From contig CAVVKN010000022.1 of the NCBI GenBank assembly GCA_963748825.1, positions 96,001 to 160,000 on the forward strand: a stretch of 64,000 nt of DNA, read 5' to 3'. The DNA comes from Methanotrichaceae archaeon (GTDB lineage Archaea > Halobacteriota > Methanosarcinia > Methanotrichales > Methanotrichaceae). The notes beneath the pieces are model-generated. The model made no database searches. It was not told the DNA's origin and was given only the letters and a program-made list of their open reading frames with translations. Below, piece after piece: positions 59,452-64,000 of the stretch (its first letter is position 1; each line of letters begins with the position of its first letter). The translations under genes were made by a program, and so were the position numbers.

Positions 59452-60294
59452 ATGGAATCTACAATGCAAGCTATATTTGATTTGAGGAATGTCTCTTACT
59501 CCTACGTGGGAAAGATCGATGCACTAAAGGATGTAACCCTGAAGATAAATCGGGGTGAGCAGGTCACCATTATCGGATCCAATGGCTGCGGCAAATCGAC
59601 ATTATTGGCCATTTTGGATGGACTTGTTTATCCCACCTCAGGCGAATTCTATGCCTTTGATAATCTGATAAGCGAAGAGGTCTTTGATGCCATTAAAGAC
59701 AACGAATTCCGGTCTTATTTCCGGACGAAGGTGGGATTCGTCTTTCAAAACTCGGATGTTCAGCTCTTCTCTTCTACGGTCTATGAGGAGATTGCCTTCG
59801 GACCACTGCAGCTTAGCCTGCCGCTTGAGGAGGTCAAAGCCAGGGTGGAGGATGTCATGGAGATGATGCAGATCGGCAAGCTGCGCGATCGCTCGCCTCA
59901 TACTCTCTCCGGGGGAGAAAAGAAGAAGGTGTGCATAGCAACAGTCCTGGTCAACAACCCCGATGTGCTCTTGCTGGATGAGCCCTCCGCTGGCCTGGAT
60001 CCCAGAACTCAGCTCTGGCTGGTCGAGCTTCTCCAGGAATTAGGCCATGCGGGCAAGACGGTGATAACGGCGACCCATGACCTGGAGATCATCGATCAGA
60101 TCAGCAAGAGAGCCATCGTCATGGGCGAGGACCACAGCGTTAAGATGGACAGGGATTCCGAGAGTGTGCTGAGCGACTACGAACTGCTGCTATCTTCCAA
60201 TCTGGTGCACGAGCATACCCATCTGCACGGCAAGCTGGTACATGAGCATCTGCATGTGCATGGAGTTGAGCACAAGCATCATGACAAAGAGTAA
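59452..60294 (+). CDS. cbiO: Ni/Co ECF ATPase CbiO with His-rich tail
   Basis: GSNGCGKST, FQNSDVQLF, LSGGEKKK, LLDEP and tail HEHTHLHGKLVHEHLHVHGVEHKHH. Confidence 0.95.
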   Translation: MESTMQAIFDLRNVSYSYVGKIDALKDVTLKINRGEQVTIIGSNGCGKSTLLAILDGLVYPTSGEFYAFDNLISEEVFDAIKDNEFRSYFRTKVGFVFQNSDVQLFSSTVYEEIAFGPLQLSLPLEEVKARVEDVMEMMQIGKLRDRSPHTLSGGEKKKVCIATVLVNNPDVLLLDEPSAGLDPRTQLWLVELLQELGHAGKTVITATHDLEIIDQISKRAIVMGEDHSVKMDRDSESVLSDYELLLSSNLVHEHTHLHGKLVHEHLHVHGVEHKHHDKE

Positions 60295-60300
60295 GGCTAT

Positions 60301-60726
60301 TTAATATTTTCCTAATAATTTTGCCAGGCTCCCGTGCATTGTGTGGATATTGAAGCCGTGGCTTAGATACATCATGGGGCATTTTCCTGCAATGCATGGC
60401 ATTTGGAGCTCTGCGCATTTCTGTTTAGCTTGATCTGTCTCCGTCCTCCAGTGGATCCAGCATTTTTTGATGCCTTTCTTATTGAGCTCAACAATTGCAT
60501 TTTCCGTGTTTTCTTTTTTCAGCCCGATAATGGCACAATCGATATCTTGCGGGAGATCAGAGATGCTTTGTATCATCTCCTTGTCGGGGCTATCCGACAA
60601 ATCAACAACATGAACCTTCTTTCCTCTCCGGGCCAATTCGTCTATCGTCAGTTTCATGGCCGGTTTGGTCTTATCTGTGACAATCGCATAGCTACTATTT
60701 TCCCAGAACGACTCTTGCTCCAGCAT
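60301..60726 (-). CDS. CoA-binding domain protein
   Basis: SISDLPQDIDCAII, GIKKCWI and CPMMYL pattern of small CoA_binding_2 proteins. Confidence 0.75.
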   Translation of the reverse strand: MLEQESFWENSSYAIVTDKTKPAMKLTIDELARRGKKVHVVDLSDSPDKEMIQSISDLPQDIDCAIIGLKKENTENAIVELNKKGIKKCWIHWRTETDQAKQKCAELQMPCIAGKCPMMYLSHGFNIHTMHGSLAKLLGKY

Positions 60727-60790
60727 ATCGCAACACTCCGTTCATAGAAATTGGAACTCAAAGTATAAAAATAAGGCCGCAGATGATGCT

Positions 60791-61162
60791 GTGGTGAGAA
60801 GTATTCCGCGAGGAAAAACAGGAGAAGACAGCAGCTTGCCTGAAATGCAGGGCGCCTGGATTATCTTGCAGCCGATTGTTGCAGATATGCAATTGGTGCA
60901 GTCAGGTCATCTCGTTAGTGGGACTTATTGCAACGCAGAAGTAAAAGGCACTATCGAAGGAACTCTTTTTAAGGAGGGAGAGGAAATTATGCTTATAGGA
61001 AAATGGGCCGACCAGGTAGGCAGAGGTGGTTTTAGAGTATCCATCGACAATACCAGTCACAATCATGAAAAAGCCGGGGTTTGCAAAACCATTTTCCAGG
61101 GAAATTGGAAGCATTCTAAAAGCCAAAGCTGGGACGGATTGTTTATGGGTGAAAAGAGATGA
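60791..61162 (+). CDS. Hypothetical protein
   Basis: 123-aa ORF with a beta-rich pattern (Q.G..VSGTY, G.W.D...GGF, FQGNW); no family recognised. Confidence 0.55.
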   Translation: MVRSIPRGKTGEDSSLPEMQGAWIILQPIVADMQLVQSGHLVSGTYCNAEVKGTIEGTLFKEGEEIMLIGKWADQVGRGGFRVSIDNTSHNHEKAGVCKTIFQGNWKHSKSQSWDGLFMGEKR

Positions 61163-61629
61163 ACCGTCAGGTGCAAGAGAGAGTGAAATAGGGGATCTCT
61201 GGGCCCAAATTTTTGATCATGATTGAATTCTGAAGGCATATATTGGCTCAGACAAGCCTCTTTTCGAACTTTTACGGTCGTAGCTTTGAAAAGACAGCGG
61301 GGACTGAGACTCTCAACTTGCCATTGAACTTGCTACGCGAAGGCAGATTGATGACTGATTAGCCTGCAGTGTGTTTGGCAGGATATTCATGACTTTCAGA
61401 CGGCAAATATTTAGGATATGAATTACATACATGTACATAATTTTTAATACATGACCGATTCCTTTTGCCAATTCTTATGCCAATTCCCTGCGTGCTTAAA
61501 GGCTAACAACAAGCTAAATCGGGACTTGACCAATCATTACTTAAATGTCATTACTTATTGTCAGTATTTATCTATAGAATGCTAACTACCAAAAGCTTTT
61601 TCGTTAAGTCTTCAAATATAATGATATGA

Positions 61630-64000
61630 TCTAACAATGGGAGGGATAAGATCGAGGCAATTGATCATGCGGAAGGCGGCAAGAGCCCATCTTTTCGCAC
61701 TGCAGTCATCCTGGCCGTCACAATTTTGACGGTCTTTTTGGCAGTGCTGGCCTTTGTTAAGGACAGAGATGTGCTGCTTCCGATTTTGGATGCAATTACG
61801 ATTGTGAGCAGTGGACTGGCTGCGGCTAGCATGCTGCTTACAGCGCAGCATTCTCAGGGAAGATCCAAAAAGGCCTGGACGCTATTAGCTGCAGCTCTGG
61901 TCTTCAATGCCTTTGGGGAAGCTTCCTGGGCTGTAATCGAGGTCGTCCTCCATCAAAATCCATTCCCTTCAGTAGCTGACATTGGCTACCTTGCGTTCTA
62001 TCCTCTTTTTGCTATAGGCATCCTCCTCTTGCCTGAGGGACCTCTTTCTCCCCGGGATAAGCAAAAAAATCTTCTGGATGCGGCAATCGTTATCGTATCA
62101 GCAGCTCTGGTATTCTGGGTCTTCCTTATCGACCCGATTGTTGCTTCCACCAAAGGGATTACTATTAAATTGCTTTTCGCGGCAGCCTATACGATCATGG
62201 ATCTGATTCTGTTCTTTGCTCTAATGGGGCTTCTCTTCAGAAAGCTCAATTCACTTGGACGTGATCCTGCCCTCATTCTGGCCCTTAGCTTGATCATCTT
62301 TTTAACGACCGATGCCATCTTCACCATTCAGACAAATCAGGGAACTTTTATCTCTGGCAGCTTCCTCGATACAGGCTGGCTGATAACCTATTTGTTGATA
62401 GGATTGGCAGGAGTGCTGCAGACAAACTCTCTTCCTTTTGAACCGCTGGGTGTATTGGGCCCCATTCAGAGCAAAAGAGATGAATGGGTTCATTTCTTGC
62501 CTTACCTGGGAATTGGGGCAGCATTTTCCCTTCTCATCTGGGGTTATGAATACTCGCACTTAATCAATTATTCCGGCCTGGCTGCGTCGGTCGGGCTCAT
62601 CATTGTGTTGATGTTCATCCGCCAGAAGGTGGCCTTTGATGAGCGAAATCAATTGCTCACCATGACCCTCTCGGAGATTGGGGAGCGAAAGCACGTTGAA
62701 GAGTCATTACGTAAATCAGAACAGGAGAAAGCGGCTATCTTGGGAGGCTTAAAAAATGTTTCTGTCGAATACCTTGATCCCCTGATGCACATCATCTGGG
62801 TTAATACTCTCGTTCAAAGGTCTCTCGGCCTTTCAGAGGATGAAATTAAAGAGAAGCAATGCTTTAAGGCCATCTACGGCCTCGAAGTGCCCTGTGCAGG
62901 TTGCACTGCAGTCAAAGCCCTCCAGAGAGGTGAGTCCCAGGAGGGGGAATTAGTTACTCCTGACGGCAAGACCTGGCTGTCTCGAAGTAGCCCCCTCAGG
63001 GATGCCGATGAAAAGATCACGGGAGCGGTTCATGTCGCTCTAGACATCAGCGAACGCAAAAGTGCAGAGAGCGCCTTAAAAGAGTCAGAACGCCGGCTAG
63101 CGAACATCATAAACTTTCTGCCCGATGCTACCTTTGTTATCAACAAAGAGGGCAGAGTGATAGCCTGGAACCGGGCCATCGAGAAGCTGACCGGCACCAA
63201 GGCCGAGCAGATGCTGGGCAAGGGAGACTATGAATATGCACTGCCTTTTTACGGTGAGCGTAGGCCGATCCTCATAGATATGACTGTAAAGTACGATCCA
63301 GCTTTTGATGAGAAATATGAAATTATAAAAAGGCAAGAAGACGGCTCCATCGTTGGAGAATCCTACATGCCCAGGCTGAAAGATGGGGAAGCATACCTCC
63401 TGGGAAGCGCATCGGCGCTTTACGACTCTGACGGAAATTACTGGGGAGCGATCGAATCGATACGCGATATAACCGATCGACGGCATGCTGAGGAAGAGCT
63501 GAAAAGGTCCAAGGAGGAAGCTGAATTCGCCACGCGTGCCAAGTCCGAATTCCTGGCCAACATGAGTCATGAGATTCGCACGCCTATGAATGCCGTTATA
63601 GGCTTGACAGGTCTTCTATTGGATGAGAATCTCACAGCGAGGCAGAGGGAGTACATTGAAATTATTCACAGCAGCGGGGACACACTGCTCGCTATCATAA
63701 ATAACATCCTTGATCTCACAAAAATCGAAGCTAATATGGTTGAGCTGGAGTGCCAGCCGATCGACCTGCAAAGCTGCATTGAGGCGGCCATGGATCTTGT
63801 GGCGGCTGCAGCCGCTGATAAGGGGCTAAACACAACTTGCACGATACAAGACGGCACTCCAAAGTTGATTTTGGGCGATCCTACCAGGCTCAGCCAGATC
63901 ATAATAAATTTACTCCATAATGCCGTGAAGTTCACGAAAAAAGGTGGAGTTGCAATCACGGTCTCCAGCATAAAGCTTGAAGGAGATAACCATGAAATCC
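61630..64000 (+). CDS. Membrane-anchored PAS-domain sensor histidine kinase (3'-partial; start uncertain)
   Basis: Frame appears open from 61630 to the window end: multi-TM region, two PAS/PAC domains, H-box AKSEFLANMSHEIRTPMNAVIG and N-box RLSQIIINLLHNAVKFT. Confidence 0.92.

Overview
This is a chromosomal segment of a methanogenic archaeon, most likely Methanothrix (Methanosaeta). The assignment rests on a Mo-type fmdFACDB operon, PurP, PAN/MBF1/Cdc48/PAC2, AMP phosphorylase, and Methanothrix-type secreted proteins. Housekeeping blocks include K+ transport, uvrA, glgP, purP plus a tandem-SIS isomerase, fmd, fmdE-fdhA-mop, a proteostasis/nucleotide-salvage cluster, a Ni/Co ECF transporter and a partial sensor kinase. 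Accessory elements are a complete single-ORF IS66-family element (14-bp TIRs, 8-bp TSD), hicBA and relBE-type TA pairs, a low-GC standalone SIR2 gene and many gene scars. Five signals stand out. (1) An unannotated ~80-nt structured intergenic RNA candidate (43672-43749) has two arms, split by a hairpin, that complement a 16S rRNA segment as I recall it, as in an H/ACA-type guide. (2) Degenerate copies of what looks like one small dispersed ORF flank both TA/defence cargo blocks. (3) A sheath-protein-like gene is followed by three tandem paralogous secreted proteins. (4) A fused two-domain PHI has its conserved motifs split between the halves. (5) Diverged partial gene duplicates, rich in synonymous changes, suggest allele replacement by foreign DNA. 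No tRNA, rRNA or CRISPR array was seen. All family calls come from motif recognition by eye; no database searches were run.
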